Positions 19,234-29,543 of a stretch of 48,544 nt of DNA are shown in pieces (position 1 is the stretch's first letter; each line of letters starts with the position of its first letter). Both the position numbers and the translations under genes were made by a program. Below the pieces are notes generated by a model. It searched no databases. It was not told the origin of the DNA and worked only from the letters and a program-made list of their open reading frames with translations. The DNA comes from a virus. Lineage: Duplodnaviria; Caudoviricetes. The stretch lies in the IMG/VR virus record IMGVR_UViG_3300023214_000077, positions 1 to 48,544 of that record; one strand, written 5' to 3'.

Positions 19234-19509
19234 TCAGCCTGCGTTGCGGTCTTCGACCATCGGCACATGTTGGTTCACCGGCAGTGTTCCGGATGACTGC
19301 GACACTGCTGTCGACGCCTTCCGTTCTTTCAGGATCGCGTCGTGCACTTCTTGACGATGTATCGGAATCGTCTTCGGTGCTTCGAAGCCTAGTCGAACCT
19401 TGTCGCCCCGTACTTCGACGACCGTGACTTCGATCACGATCGGATTGCCTTCAGAATCGAAAGCTTCGGCGACACACTTGTCGTTCTTCTTGCGGCTTAA
19501 AACTAACAT
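19234..19509 (-). CDS. csrA: carbon storage regulator CsrA/RsmA
   Basis: MLVLSRK...IEVTVVEVRGDKVRLGFEAPKTIPIHRQEV. Confidence 0.95.
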   Translation of the reverse strand: MLVLSRKKNDKCVAEAFDSEGNPIVIEVTVVEVRGDKVRLGFEAPKTIPIHRQEVHDAILKERKASTAVSQSSGTLPVNQHVPMVEDRNAG

Positions 19510-19868
19510 AAACTTTCCCTTTCGAAATTCAAAACGGCGGCGTCGCCATATTCTGCAAGTGCAGCGTCGTCACGTGCGGCGGCGGCTTCGTGTTCATCAT
19601 CAAAGATGCCGATCTGAATCGGCACGCCTTGCCGCGAAATGTTCGCACGGAAGCGACCATTCGGCAGAACTTGAACACCGCGATACTGCGACGTCTTCTG
19701 TCCTTTGCCGTTTGATCCGGATCGTTGCGTATTCGCTTTCCAGCCTTCGAAGACAGTGACATGTTCATAGAACTTGCCGCCTGATGTGCCGCGACCGCGT
19801 TTCAGCATGTCGCACCAAAGAACGTGAAGTCGCGTTCGCGATTCACCGTGACGCGGTTTCCCCGTCAT
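19503..19868 (-). CDS. AP2-domain protein (HNH-AP2 endonuclease remnant lacking the HNH core)
   Basis: N-terminal HGESRTRLHVLWCDMLKR joined to AP2 TSQYRGV...FRANI...IGIFDDEHEAAAARD...AVLNF. Confidence 0.75.
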   Translation of the reverse strand: MTGKPRHGESRTRLHVLWCDMLKRGRGTSGGKFYEHVTVFEGWKANTQRSGSNGKGQKTSQYRGVQVLPNGRFRANISRQGVPIQIGIFDDEHEAAAARDDAALAEYGDAAVLNFERESLC

Positions 19869-19979
19869 CAGAAATTCCTTCCATGTTGTCGCGTGTTCGG
19901 AATCTGGCAACCGTGCCCGATGAACTTGTACGCGATGAAGATGTGTGAACTGTACGGCTTCTTCGGAATCAGGTCAAGA

Positions 19980-20462
19980 TCAGCTTGTGCGACCCATGCC
20001 TGCAGCGTCACCGTCGAACCGTGTCTGCGACGGCGTCTTCACCGGACCGACTTCAACGACTTCACCGTGAAGTTCTGCGTGTGACACTTTCTTGCCGTCC
20101 GATTCCCATCGCAAGCATTCATGACCCATCAGTGCTTCATGATACTTGTCGAACAGTTTCCGCATTCCGTCCGCGACGAATTCGTATCGACTGATCGACG
20201 TGTTCGATTCAAGCACTTCTTGCGGCAGTTCTTTCGTCGACACGTACGCGTCGCACACAAGAAGCTGACCACTGACACGCACCGGCACGTATCTGACCTT
20301 CATGCCGTTGCTGTACACGCGGATCAAGGGTGCTGTCGGACAGTTGTCGCACGCTTCTTGAATCTTTTTTTTCTGCCTGCGCCCCAAGCCGAAGAACTTG
20401 CCTGCCGTCTTGATCTGCTGAAGCATTGTCAGCCCTGCCGATTGTTTCTTCGCCATGTTCAA
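19980..20462 (-). CDS. hypothetical protein
   Basis: Operon-coupled 160-aa ORF. Confidence 0.6.
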   Translation of the reverse strand: MNMAKKQSAGLTMLQQIKTAGKFFGLGRRQKKKIQEACDNCPTAPLIRVYSNGMKVRYVPVRVSGQLLVCDAYVSTKELPQEVLESNTSISRYEFVADGMRKLFDKYHEALMGHECLRWESDGKKVSHAELHGEVVEVGPVKTPSQTRFDGDAAGMGRTS

Positions 20463-21049
20463 CGCCCGATCTTGAAGGATTCGATGATGTCCGCGTCATC
20501 AGTATATCCGTCACGACCGCGTCTGAACAATAGAAGCTTGCGATCGAACGGCTTGTCGACCCGCTTCCGCGACGCCGTTGTGCCGAACGGATCGACGAAC
20601 CAACCGCGACGATGAAAGTCAGGAATCAGTTCGTGCGGATCGCGACAGTTGCAATGTCCGCGACCACGCTGACCGCGTACAGCCCACGACACGACGATCA
20701 GTTCAGTCGCGTGCCTGCACAGATTATCGACGAAGGCATCGTGAAGTTCGGGCGGAATGTGTTCGCCGACTTCGATCGACATGACAGCTTGCGTCATCGG
20801 AAGTTCGCACCGTTCGGCAAGGTTCGCCGTCTGGACAAGTCCGCCTGTCTGTTCCGCGATGTCAGGCGTGCCGTCATATCCGACAGCCCACAAGCCCCAC
20901 GATCGCATGTGTGCGACGTACAGCCCGACACCGGCACCGAAGTCGCTGACAGTCATTCCGTGCGTCAGGCGGCTGATTTCGTCCGCAAGCGATGCGTTGA
21001 AGTGCCTGAACCGCCTGTTCAGATGTTGTCGGCTGAATGATCCGTTCAC
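20459..21049 (-). CDS. class I SAM-dependent methyltransferase
   Basis: VSDFGAGVG motif I, SIEVGEHIP, GQRGRGHCNC. Confidence 0.85.
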   Translation of the reverse strand: MNGSFSRQHLNRRFRHFNASLADEISRLTHGMTVSDFGAGVGLYVAHMRSWGLWAVGYDGTPDIAEQTGGLVQTANLAERCELPMTQAVMSIEVGEHIPPELHDAFVDNLCRHATELIVVSWAVRGQRGRGHCNCRDPHELIPDFHRRGWFVDPFGTTASRKRVDKPFDRKLLLFRRGRDGYTDDADIIESFKIGR

Positions 21050-21780
21050 TTCTGCCGTCGCTTCTTTCTGCGATCGCCGCGTGACGTCCGCTTGATGAAT
21101 GCTGCTTGCTTCTGAACGATGAACAACGGTTCAAGGACGTTCGACCAGCAGTCGAAGAACGCGTTGACAGCCGGTCGCACCTGTTTCGCACCATGACTGA
21201 ACTGTCGATCGTAGTCGTCAATGATGATCACGCCGCCGTCAGCCATCAGTTCAAACGCTGCACACATGTCGAACAACGCACGCGGTGCATAGTGATCGCC
21301 GTCGACGTAGACAAGATCGAAGTCGTACTTCACCGGTTCGATGCCGCGATGAACGGAATCGAAGAACGCATTCAATGATCGCGACAGGGCAAGCTGTGAC
21401 GGTTCTTCGATCAGCCTGAAGTTACCCGTCCACGGTGCAAGGTTCTTGTGACACAAGTCGCGTGCGACACGAAGACCTGCGTGCACCCGTCCCCGGCTGT
21501 GCGTGTACCCGTCGACACCGATCGCTTCACCGTCCTTGCGAAGAAGATGTTCCATGACCCACGCGAACGACACACCACAGTTCACGCCGATTTCAAGATA
21601 CCGCATCACGTTTCCGCGAAGCCTGTCGACCAGTCCGTGACGTTCCCACAACGGCAGGACGTCGCGACCGAACCAGTCATTGTATGCCGTCAGCGTGTGA
21701 CTGCCGATCTGAACTTGCATGTGATCGAATTCGTCGCCGGTTTCAGCGACGATCTTGTCGCCCTTGATTTCGTACTTCAT
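21046..21780 (-). CDS. class I SAM-dependent methyltransferase (Methyltransf_24-like)
   Basis: YLEIGVNCGVS, FDLVYVDGDH, GGVIIIDDY. Confidence 0.88.
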   Translation of the reverse strand: MKYEIKGDKIVAETGDEFDHMQVQIGSHTLTAYNDWFGRDVLPLWERHGLVDRLRGNVMRYLEIGVNCGVSFAWVMEHLLRKDGEAIGVDGYTHSRGRVHAGLRVARDLCHKNLAPWTGNFRLIEEPSQLALSRSLNAFFDSVHRGIEPVKYDFDLVYVDGDHYAPRALFDMCAAFELMADGGVIIIDDYDRQFSHGAKQVRPAVNAFFDCWSNVLEPLFIVQKQAAFIKRTSRGDRRKKRRQK

Positions 21781-22577
21781 CAGTCGTGATCGCCCTTCAT
21801 TGGTTCTTGTCGCTTGCCTGCCTGATCGTACATTCGACCGGCTGTCGTGTGCCTGATCCTGAAAACGTTTTCGACTTGAACGTGTGACGCCGGACTGTGT
21901 GCCGCCTTGAAAGGAACATCACAGCGACACTGACGAAAGCCTTCATCTGGGTCAACGGGTGAACATTTTTTATGCCCGTTGATGTATCCGTACGGCTTGC
22001 CCGTCGATTGATTCTTCGCAAGAAGCCTGTTCCTTCCGATGATGTGCACGCCGCCGATGCACCGGGCTTGCTTTCGCCGCACGAACTTCGTGAAGTCAGG
22101 CACCGGGAAGAAAGCCGATTCAGGCGTGACGCCGTCAGTCATCGCGTCGCCCGTTGCATGATCCGGATTGATCATCACGTGTCGCGGATACACAAGCCCG
22201 CTGTCTTCGTTCGCTTCGTCAAGCAACGTCTTCAGGCATCGCGGACCGAAGAAGTAGTCGACATCGGCGAACCAATACACCCGCGATTCGCCGACCAGTG
22301 CACGCAAGTTCCTTCCGATCGCCCGCCTGTACAAGTACCCCGGCTGAAGGATCACCGGATTCAGCTTGATGTATTCCGGCATCTGATCCATCGCAAGACT
22401 GACGAAGTCGATCGTCGTCTGATCCTGATGCGTCATGCACACTGACAGACAGACCTTGATGTCGGGCGGACAATAATAGAACAGCGAACCGATCTGATAC
22501 TGAAGCTGTGCCCGATAGAACGGCAGTGTCGCCGCATAACAATGAACAACTATTTCGACATCGTACCGATTTATCAT
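21780..22577 (-). CDS. GT-A fold glycosyltransferase
   Basis: RRAIGRN...YWFADVDYFF (DxD); start MINRY at 22577. Confidence 0.75.
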   Translation of the reverse strand: MINRYDVEIVVHCYAATLPFYRAQLQYQIGSLFYYCPPDIKVCLSVCMTHQDQTTIDFVSLAMDQMPEYIKLNPVILQPGYLYRRAIGRNLRALVGESRVYWFADVDYFFGPRCLKTLLDEANEDSGLVYPRHVMINPDHATGDAMTDGVTPESAFFPVPDFTKFVRRKQARCIGGVHIIGRNRLLAKNQSTGKPYGYINGHKKCSPVDPDEGFRQCRCDVPFKAAHSPASHVQVENVFRIRHTTAGRMYDQAGKRQEPMKGDHD

Positions 22578-22724
22578 TTGACTTTCATCCGATCCCTGCG
22601 TAGCATATAGTGATGATTCAAAAAGCAATTCACAATGGACAGCCCATCGATCACATCTTCGTCAGCGACGATGGACAGGTCTTCAACACCCGTCAACGTG
22701 TCGCCGGAAGCACGTCAATTGATT

Positions 22725-23642
22725 TCATATCGCGAAAGCCTGTTCAGTGATTTCGTTTGTTTGAATCAGTTCTTCTGCATGATTCTTGCCGTATTGCCGA
22801 ACGAATTCTATCGGATCAGCCGCAAGTCGTGTGAAGTATTTATTCGCCGCGAACGCTTCACGCACGCCGTACGTGTTGTCGTGCCACAGTTCCAGCAGTT
22901 GCGGAAGCCAGATCGACAAGCCTTTCGGCGAACGAATCGACTTGAAGCCGTGACCGTGCCAGATCGCGACCTTGTCTTCTTCGAAGCCCGCACGCCCCGG
23001 TGAATATATCGGACTGCAGTTGAAATAGTCAGGGAAGACCGCGTGCGGATACTGCAAGAAGATCAGTTGCATCGCCAGTTCGTCGCACATGAACCGCACG
23101 TTCGATTCCGTCACATCGAACCATCGCTTCGCAAGTTTCTTCGACAGCTTCGACAAGCCCATCACGCCGGTATTGATCGCCGGATAGTCGACTGCCATGT
23201 GCAAGGCAGCTTCGGCAGGCATCACTTCCAGCCAGTGCCCGATGCGTTTCTGCATCTTCTTTCCTGTCGTGACCCAATCACTGAACTGCGTCAGCCGCAC
23301 TTCGACGTCAGCCGGAAACATCGCTTCGAAGTCGCCGACGACGCACGTGTCACAGTCAAGGAACACGCTGTGCATGAACGGCATCAGTTCGATCAGCTTC
23401 GCCTTGTTCAAATAGCCTGCACCGCTTCCGTGTGATCGCCGACCGAACGGATCGAAGACGACAAGCTGTGTCTTCTTCAATGGGTCTTCGTCGACGTACC
23501 GCTGCATGAACTGCACGTTCGCCGGATCACAGATGATCGCGACTTCGCCCTTCCAGTGCTTGCGCAGCGAATTGAACGCGACACACATGTGCCCGTTGTG
23601 CTTGTCACCGAAGCACAAGAAAACGACACCTTTAGAAGACAT
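22725..23642 (-). CDS. GT8-like glycosyltransferase
   Basis: KAKL...VFLDCDT, INTGV, DELA, IWHGHG; start MSSKG at 23642. Confidence 0.8.
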   Translation of the reverse strand: MSSKGVVFLCFGDKHNGHMCVAFNSLRKHWKGEVAIICDPANVQFMQRYVDEDPLKKTQLVVFDPFGRRSHGSGAGYLNKAKLIELMPFMHSVFLDCDTCVVGDFEAMFPADVEVRLTQFSDWVTTGKKMQKRIGHWLEVMPAEAALHMAVDYPAINTGVMGLSKLSKKLAKRWFDVTESNVRFMCDELAMQLIFLQYPHAVFPDYFNCSPIYSPGRAGFEEDKVAIWHGHGFKSIRSPKGLSIWLPQLLELWHDNTYGVREAFAANKYFTRLAADPIEFVRQYGKNHAEELIQTNEITEQAFAI

Positions 23643-23712
23643 GGGCTTGCCCTTGTGAAAAAGACGCCCCACAATGCACAGTAATCACACATGCTTCATT
23701 GAAAGGCGTCAA

Positions 23713-24237
23713 ATGAATTTTGATAGTTTCGGCGACGAAGTTCGTCAAGTTGCGGAAGGTTATTTTGTTTCTGAATCCGGACGTGTTTATACCACGAAGA
23801 AACGATTCACACGAACGTCGGTTCGCGTGCTTGCGTTCGACGAACATCATGTTTTGATGAAGTGGAACTGCAGTCGACGATACCCGCAAGTGAACTTCGT
23901 CAAGCCGCGACAATCCCGAACGATTCATCGCCTTGTCGCTGAAGCCTTCATTCCGAATCCGGACAACCTGCCGTTCGTGTGTCATCGCGACGACGACGTG
24001 ATGAACTGCACGGTGCAGAATCTTTTTTGGGGAACACACAAGGACAATATGAAGGATCGACAAAAGAAAGGACGCAACGCACGCGGCGAACGATCCGGCG
24101 TGAACAAGTTGACACGGCGACAAGTCGAACAGATCAGATCGTCTGACGAAACGATCGCCGAACTTGCACGTCGCTTCGGTTTGCATCGCAACACCGTCAG
24201 CAACATCGTGAATCGTCGAAGCTGGAATCATATCTGA
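23713..24237 (+). mobile_element. NUMOD4-HNH homing endonuclease with C-terminal HTH
   Basis: GDEVRQV..YFVSESGRV, IHRLVAEAF, VCHRDDDVMNCTVQNL. Confidence 0.9.
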
Positions 24238-25016
24238 AGTTCCGTGACGGCTTTCTGAAGTTTGTTGAAGTTGCTTTGATTCGTCCAGCCGCTTCGCTTC
24301 ATGCGAACCCGAACGATCGGCTTCTTCATGCGTGCAGCACATGCCCACAAGAACGTGTCTTGTGAAGGGATCGGGATCGTCCAGTCGTCCGACCGTGCAA
24401 GGCATTCGGACGCGACTTGCTTCGTCCATGCCGTATTGAAGAACGCGATGAAGCTTGCGATCCGCTTGTGCGAATATCGTTTCGATTCACCGAACTGCAT
24501 GTTCAACGGATTGTCAGCGTGCATCAGCGTCGTGTTGTCAGCCCACGCATCAAAGATGTCGAACCATTCTTTCCGCTTGCCCCGTGTCTTCGTGTATCCC
24601 CACGCGTGACCCACGATTGCCGGTTCAGCTTCGAACCATCGCTTCACCGGGAACGATCCTGCGATCTGACGAACAGGATACGCGTCGACGTCAAGCTTCA
24701 ACCAGTACGGCGTGTCGACCAGCAACGGCGGAAGCAGTGTCCACGCCGTCAGCATTCGATCGCGTTGATCTTCGTACTGATCACGATCAGGCGGAAGCCA
24801 CGCCTGCACCTTCGTGTCGGCATAATGCTTCTGACTTTCAATGACCTGTTCGATCGCTGACTTCAGTTCAGGGTTCACGCCATCATAGAAGAAGACCCAC
24901 GGGACTTCACGAAGCTTCGGCCACATCTTCAGCCAGAACGGAAACGTGACCGCAAGCTGACGAAAGTATTTTTTATCGACGCCGACGACCAGCGTCGTAT
25001 CGGTCTGAAAGTTCAT
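24228..25016 (-). CDS. GT-A fold glycosyltransferase-like protein
   Basis: YWLKLDVDA (DxD), SQDTFL; cluster context. Confidence 0.65.
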   Translation of the reverse strand: MNFQTDTTLVVGVDKKYFRQLAVTFPFWLKMWPKLREVPWVFFYDGVNPELKSAIEQVIESQKHYADTKVQAWLPPDRDQYEDQRDRMLTAWTLLPPLLVDTPYWLKLDVDAYPVRQIAGSFPVKRWFEAEPAIVGHAWGYTKTRGKRKEWFDIFDAWADNTTLMHADNPLNMQFGESKRYSHKRIASFIAFFNTAWTKQVASECLARSDDWTIPIPSQDTFLWACAARMKKPIVRVRMKRSGWTNQSNFNKLQKAVTELQI

Positions 25017-25088
25017 GACTTGCTTTCAAATAGAAATCGCCCGACAATGTGTTGAAGCATTACATTCTCCACACTGAAGGGCGTTTTC

Positions 25089-25613
25089 ATGAAACGGTAT
25101 GATAGCCACGGCGACGAAGTTCGACAAGTCAAACTGTTCGACGGATATGTTATCAGCGAATCCGGTCGCGTCTATTCCACGAAACGCAATGAAGGTTTCG
25201 GTTGTGCTTGGAAGATGTATGATTTCGACAAGTACCACAAGGAATTGAAGACGACTGTCGGGCAGGTTTATCCGAAAGTTAATCTTCGATTCGAAGGACG
25301 CAACAACAATCTTGATATTCATCGGCTTGTCGCAAAAGCCTTCATTCCGAACCCGAACAACCTGCCGTGTGTGTGTCATCGCGATGATAATCCGATGAAC
25401 AGTCATGTCAGCAATCTTTTTTGGGGAAGCCATCAAGACAACGTCGATGACTGTGAACGTAAAGGACGTGCCGTGAAAGTTAAGCTGACTGTATCAGATG
25501 TTCTTGCTATCCGCCGAAGCCGTCAATCAATCGACGTTCTTGCAGCTAAATACGGCGTTCACAACTCGACAGTTCGACGTGTCATCAAGCGTAAGTCATG
25601 GCGAAGGCTTTAG
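25089..25613 (+). mobile_element. NUMOD4-HNH homing endonuclease with C-terminal HTH
   Basis: HGDEVRQV, IHRLVAKAF, VCHRDDNPMNSHVSNL. Confidence 0.9.
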
Positions 25614-26060
25614 TCCGCCGGTGGTGAAGCGATGAATGTCCTTCAGACAAACTTTGTGACACGGGACACAAGTGTGATACGCTTCCATCACAATACAGTC
25701 GGTCTTGCCTTCCATTTCATGAATGACGTTGATCGGTATCGTCAACGCTTCGCCCGACTTGACTTCATGCGTGATGTCCGGTTCACGCGTGTCGCAATCC
25801 ATTGGATCAGTCCAGACATGAACAAGCAAGATACCTTCATCGACGATGAACGTGTTCACTTTCTGATTGTGATAATGCCGGGAACAGAAGCCGCCCTTGT
25901 CAATGATTGCAAGTGACATCTGCCCGTACGTTGTGCGACCAACAGCAACCGCCGCACCCCATAGCTTTTTTTCGACCTTCGCCGGATCAAGTTTGTTTAA
26001 TCGGTTCAGCGTCCTTGCGATGAATTCGCTATATCCTTGCTTCTGCCAGTCGTTTGACAT
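25596..26060 (-). CDS. cupin (sugar isomerase-like)
   Basis: EKKLWG, CSRHYHNQKVNTF, NVIHEM; start MSNDW at 26060. Confidence 0.75.
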   Translation of the reverse strand: MSNDWQKQGYSEFIARTLNRLNKLDPAKVEKKLWGAAVAVGRTTYGQMSLAIIDKGGFCSRHYHNQKVNTFIVDEGILLVHVWTDPMDCDTREPDITHEVKSGEALTIPINVIHEMEGKTDCIVMEAYHTCVPCHKVCLKDIHRFTTGGLKPSP

Positions 26061-26242
26061 GAAGATTGTCCTTGATTTAAGTTGCGTTGCGTGCCCGCCA
26101 ATATAGCTTTTTCCCCGCTGTTTCCAAGTCTGCAAACTTTTTCAGGCTTTCTTACGGCACCGTGTTCAGCCTATAATCGAACACCGGTTCAACGGGCGGC
26201 GGCAACGTCGCCCACAATGCAACGCACGAAAAGGACAACACA

Positions 26243-26563
26243 ATGACACAAGCAACGATTCACCGCGACGAAGTTCAGATGTACGACGGCAACCTTGTCA
26301 GCATCGAACTTGAAGTCGAAGCCGACATTCATCATGACCCCGGCTGTCGCTGGACGCCCCCGCACACTGAATGTGAAGTCACTTCAGTCAACATCACAAG
26401 CATCGACGCATGCGACGCCGACGACAATGAAATTGTGATCAACCTTGATGACCCGAATGACCCGTATGTTCAATCGGTTAATCAGCACCTTGAAGACGGC
26501 ACGATCGAATTCGACGAAGAACTGTGTGAATCGCACGATCCATACGATGACGGATACGTATGA
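26243..26563 (+). CDS. acidic hypothetical protein
   Basis: RBS AAAGGACAACAC; TATAAT at 26172-26177 upstream. Confidence 0.7.
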   Translation: MTQATIHRDEVQMYDGNLVSIELEVEADIHHDPGCRWTPPHTECEVTSVNITSIDACDADDNEIVINLDDPNDPYVQSVNQHLEDGTIEFDEELCESHDPYDDGYV

Positions 26564-26701
26564 TGCCCTGTCGAAGATCGGTGCACGGCTTGCCGTCGAC
26601 CTGATCAACGGCGACGCGATGAAGCAGTCCCGGAAGCTGTGCACCGCGTTTGATGTGGCATGACCGATCACGCAGTTGTCCGCTGTGTGTTGTTGCGTTC
26701 G

Positions 26702-26740
26702 GGACGGGCGGCGTCTAATCTGCCGCCTGTCCCTTTTTTT
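26702..26740 (+). terminator. rho-independent terminator
   Basis: GGACGGGCGG...CCGCCTGTCC stem followed by a T-tract. Confidence 0.7.
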
Positions 26741-26752
26741 GAAAGACTGAAC

Positions 26753-26962
26753 ATGAACATGAAGATCAAGATTCCTGATGTGAAGCTGAACATCTTCGGA
26801 TTGATGGTGCACGATCACGCCGACGTCGGGCACCGCATCGTCGTGTCGATGCTGACGGATCAGCTTGTTCAGCCGGATGACTTGCCAGCCGCACCGCGAT
26901 CGCAGATCATCACGGATGTGAGGCAAGCCCTGAAGTCACGCGAATTCGACGTTCCTGACTGA
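26753..26962 (+). CDS. hypothetical protein
   Basis: MNMKIKIPDV... 69 aa, immediately after the terminator. Confidence 0.45.
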   Translation: MNMKIKIPDVKLNIFGLMVHDHADVGHRIVVSMLTDQLVQPDDLPAAPRSQIITDVRQALKSREFDVPD

Positions 26963-27023
26963 TTTCCTGAACTGGACACCTTGTGCTTGCAACTGCCGTC
27001 CTTCCTAAAATGCAAGCACTGCC

Positions 27024-27377
27024 ATGACAGCACATCGTGCGATCGAACTTTCACTGCTGCCGTCCTGCCCTGTTCGCTGCCCTTATTGCCCTACCGACGT
27101 CCTGAAATGGGCTTCTGACGCGTCCGGACAGTCCCGGCGTCAAATGACACCCCGCACAGCCGAACTGTGCGTCAGCAACGCTTCTGAAGCCCCTGAAGGG
27201 CACGTGCTGATTGACGTGCATCTTGCCGGTTTCACTGAATCGCTTCTTGCGTCATCCTTCAACGACATCTTCGCGATGCTGGAATCACACGAAGCCGTGC
27301 GTCGGATCATCGTCAAGATGCCCCGCTTCTTCACCGTTATTCGGTGCACGATCGAAAGTCGACAGGATCATTCGTGA
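27024..27377 (+). pseudogene. truncated radical SAM protein
   Basis: CPVRCPYC (CxxxCxxC) and LAGFTES, but only 117 aa; runs into an antisense HNH remnant. Confidence 0.7.
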
Positions 27378-27628
27378 CAGCCTGAACGATCGCTTGATGC
27401 CGTCGACAAGAAGCATGAATCGAACATACCCGTGACATACGACACCACCCAGCTCTTTGTGATACTCGCAGAAAGGCTTGATGTTATACTTGAGCCCTTG
27501 CACCCGCGACTTTCGATCTTTCGTGTTGTGTACACACGCCCCGATGTCGAAACAAAACAACCACGAAGCCGTTCTTTGTTGTATCGCACTGGACGCACTT
27601 CATCGTTGTACACATCATATTGATTCAT
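27285..27628 (-). pseudogene. frameshifted, truncated NUMOD4-HNH endonuclease
   Basis: YNDEVRPV..FVSTSGRVYTT, frameshift near 27520, then YHKEL...SRMIL...GHLDDDP and stop. Confidence 0.8.
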
Positions 27629-27654
27629 CAGACAACTGCAAAAAGTTTGGATTC

Positions 27655-28683
27655 ATGGACGACACGACCTTTATCATAACACACTATCTTCGTCCGCAAG
27701 ACCTCATTGAATGCATAAATTCCATTCGAAACCACTTTCCGAATGCGATCATCGACACTGAAGACACTGAAGGCAATGTGTCCAAGGGGCGGAACAGGCT
27801 TGTCGCACGCTGCAAAACAAAGTACGCATTTTTACTAGAAGAAGACATGCGGCTTCGTCCCGACACCAACATCGCCGCGATGCGTCGAATCCTTGAACAA
27901 CGTTCCGACATCTTAGGCGTCGGCGGTGCCATCTTCGAACCCAAGAACGGCACACGCTGCATCGCCGCACAGTATCGCAAGACGCAAGAATTCATCGTGA
28001 TCGAAGACGCCGTCGATCGACAGACCACCGCTGAAGGCGACGCGTTCATCGTCTGTTCCTTGATCTACAATTACGGGCTTTTCAGAACTGCCGATCTTCG
28101 GAAGTATAAATGGAACGAACAACTTGAACTTGCTGAACACTATGAATTCTATCTTCACATTCAGGAACGCGGCATTCACCGAATCGCATGTTGTCACAGC
28201 ATCATCGACCATCTGAACACGCGACCGAATTCGTCGTACGCGAAAGCACGAAGGCGGATCAGCGACTTCAGGCGAACCGAACGACGCATCTTGAAGCGGA
28301 AGCTGATCAGGCAGTTCAGCGAACATCTGCTTCACAGTTCACCGATCTTCCGTGCTGTCGTGATCGGCGGCACTGCCGACGACGCGAAGATCGCGACAGA
28401 CATCTTCCCCGGTCGCTTCTGTTCATCGCCGGAAGTTCAAGCCCTGATCAATGGACTGCCTGAAACGCCGGGACGCTGGAAGACCGCACTTCGCGGCAAT
28501 CACGACTGGAAGCTGTACTGCGAAGACCCGCGAAAGGCACTGCAGGTCGCAGAACGATTCAAGTCATACCGACTGCCGCTGCTTTACTTGCCAGCCCGCA
28601 CCGAAGCTGAAGCCGCATACCTTCGCGAACTTCTTCACGTGTGGCCTTTTTCTGTCATCCCGTTGTCCGATCGGAACTTCTGA
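27655..28683 (+). CDS. GT2-family glycosyltransferase
   Basis: IITHYLRPQDLIECINSI, SKGRN, LLEEDM, WNEQL...EHYEFY; start MDDTT at 27655. Confidence 0.85.
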   Translation: MDDTTFIITHYLRPQDLIECINSIRNHFPNAIIDTEDTEGNVSKGRNRLVARCKTKYAFLLEEDMRLRPDTNIAAMRRILEQRSDILGVGGAIFEPKNGTRCIAAQYRKTQEFIVIEDAVDRQTTAEGDAFIVCSLIYNYGLFRTADLRKYKWNEQLELAEHYEFYLHIQERGIHRIACCHSIIDHLNTRPNSSYAKARRRISDFRRTERRILKRKLIRQFSEHLLHSSPIFRAVVIGGTADDAKIATDIFPGRFCSSPEVQALINGLPETPGRWKTALRGNHDWKLYCEDPRKALQVAERFKSYRLPLLYLPARTEAEAAYLRELLHVWPFSVIPLSDRNF

Positions 28684-29513
28684 TGCCGAAGAAGCGAAAG
28701 TCGCACCCGTGTCACCGATACGTCCGGAAGCTGAAGGAACGATTCGAATCTGACACGATGTCGATTGTGTGGGGCAACTTCCACGCGAAGAACGGATCGG
28801 TGCAAGCTATGTCGAAATGGCTTGACCTGATTGATTCAGGGAAAACGATCATCAGTTGCGAAACGCCGGTGATCGGTCGCGACCACTTCGAACAATGTGA
28901 CCGCGTCGAACCGTACTTCAGTATCGGAATCTTCAATTCTTCAACCCTGCATCGCGGCGGCTTCGTTATCCCGCCTGAAGCCACAGACGCCCGTCTGACG
29001 TCCATTCTGACGAATGTGCATGAATTCATGTCGGAAGCCCGTTCAGACGGCGACAGCGTCTTGTACGCCCTGCAATCGCCGGGAGATACGTCACTGCAAG
29101 GCGTCGACGTCGAAACTGCTGCGATCTACGATCTGACGCACCTGGTCCGGATCACTGATCGTCCGGTCTTCGCCGTCAGGCACCCGTACACCGCGAAGAC
29201 TGCCGATGTCGTCACGAAGTTCTGCAGGCATCGCGGCATTCAGATCGTAAACGGTCCCGCACGCAAGTTCTTCGATCGAACCTTCTGCACCGTGTCGCAT
29301 TCCAGTTCAACCGCGATCGACGGCATCCTTGCAGGCGTACCGGCTGTGACCCTGAACCCTGCTTCGTTCGCCCGACCCTGCAGCGTGCATCGCCTTGATG
29401 ATCTTGAACAGACAACGCTTGACGGCTGTCGTGACTGGCTGTGCCGACTTGCCTTCACCCAATGGCAACCGTTGACTGAAATTGATGAAGCCCTTGATCA
29501 CCTGCAGGCATAA
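28683..29513 (+). CDS. KpsS/capsule-synthesis-like (GT-B) transferase
   Basis: VLYALQSPGDTSL, VRHP, SHSSSTAIDGILAGVPAV; TGATG coupling to the GT2 gene. Confidence 0.7.
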   Translation: MPKKRKSHPCHRYVRKLKERFESDTMSIVWGNFHAKNGSVQAMSKWLDLIDSGKTIISCETPVIGRDHFEQCDRVEPYFSIGIFNSSTLHRGGFVIPPEATDARLTSILTNVHEFMSEARSDGDSVLYALQSPGDTSLQGVDVETAAIYDLTHLVRITDRPVFAVRHPYTAKTADVVTKFCRHRGIQIVNGPARKFFDRTFCTVSHSSSTAIDGILAGVPAVTLNPASFARPCSVHRLDDLEQTTLDGCRDWLCRLAFTQWQPLTEIDEALDHLQA

Positions 29514-29543
29514 AAAAAGGGTGAACGTTGACGACGTCCACCC
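29512..29543 (-). terminator. possible terminator for leftward late transcripts
   Basis: GGGTG-AACGT...ACGT-C-CACCC hairpin with A7 on its left. Confidence 0.5.
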
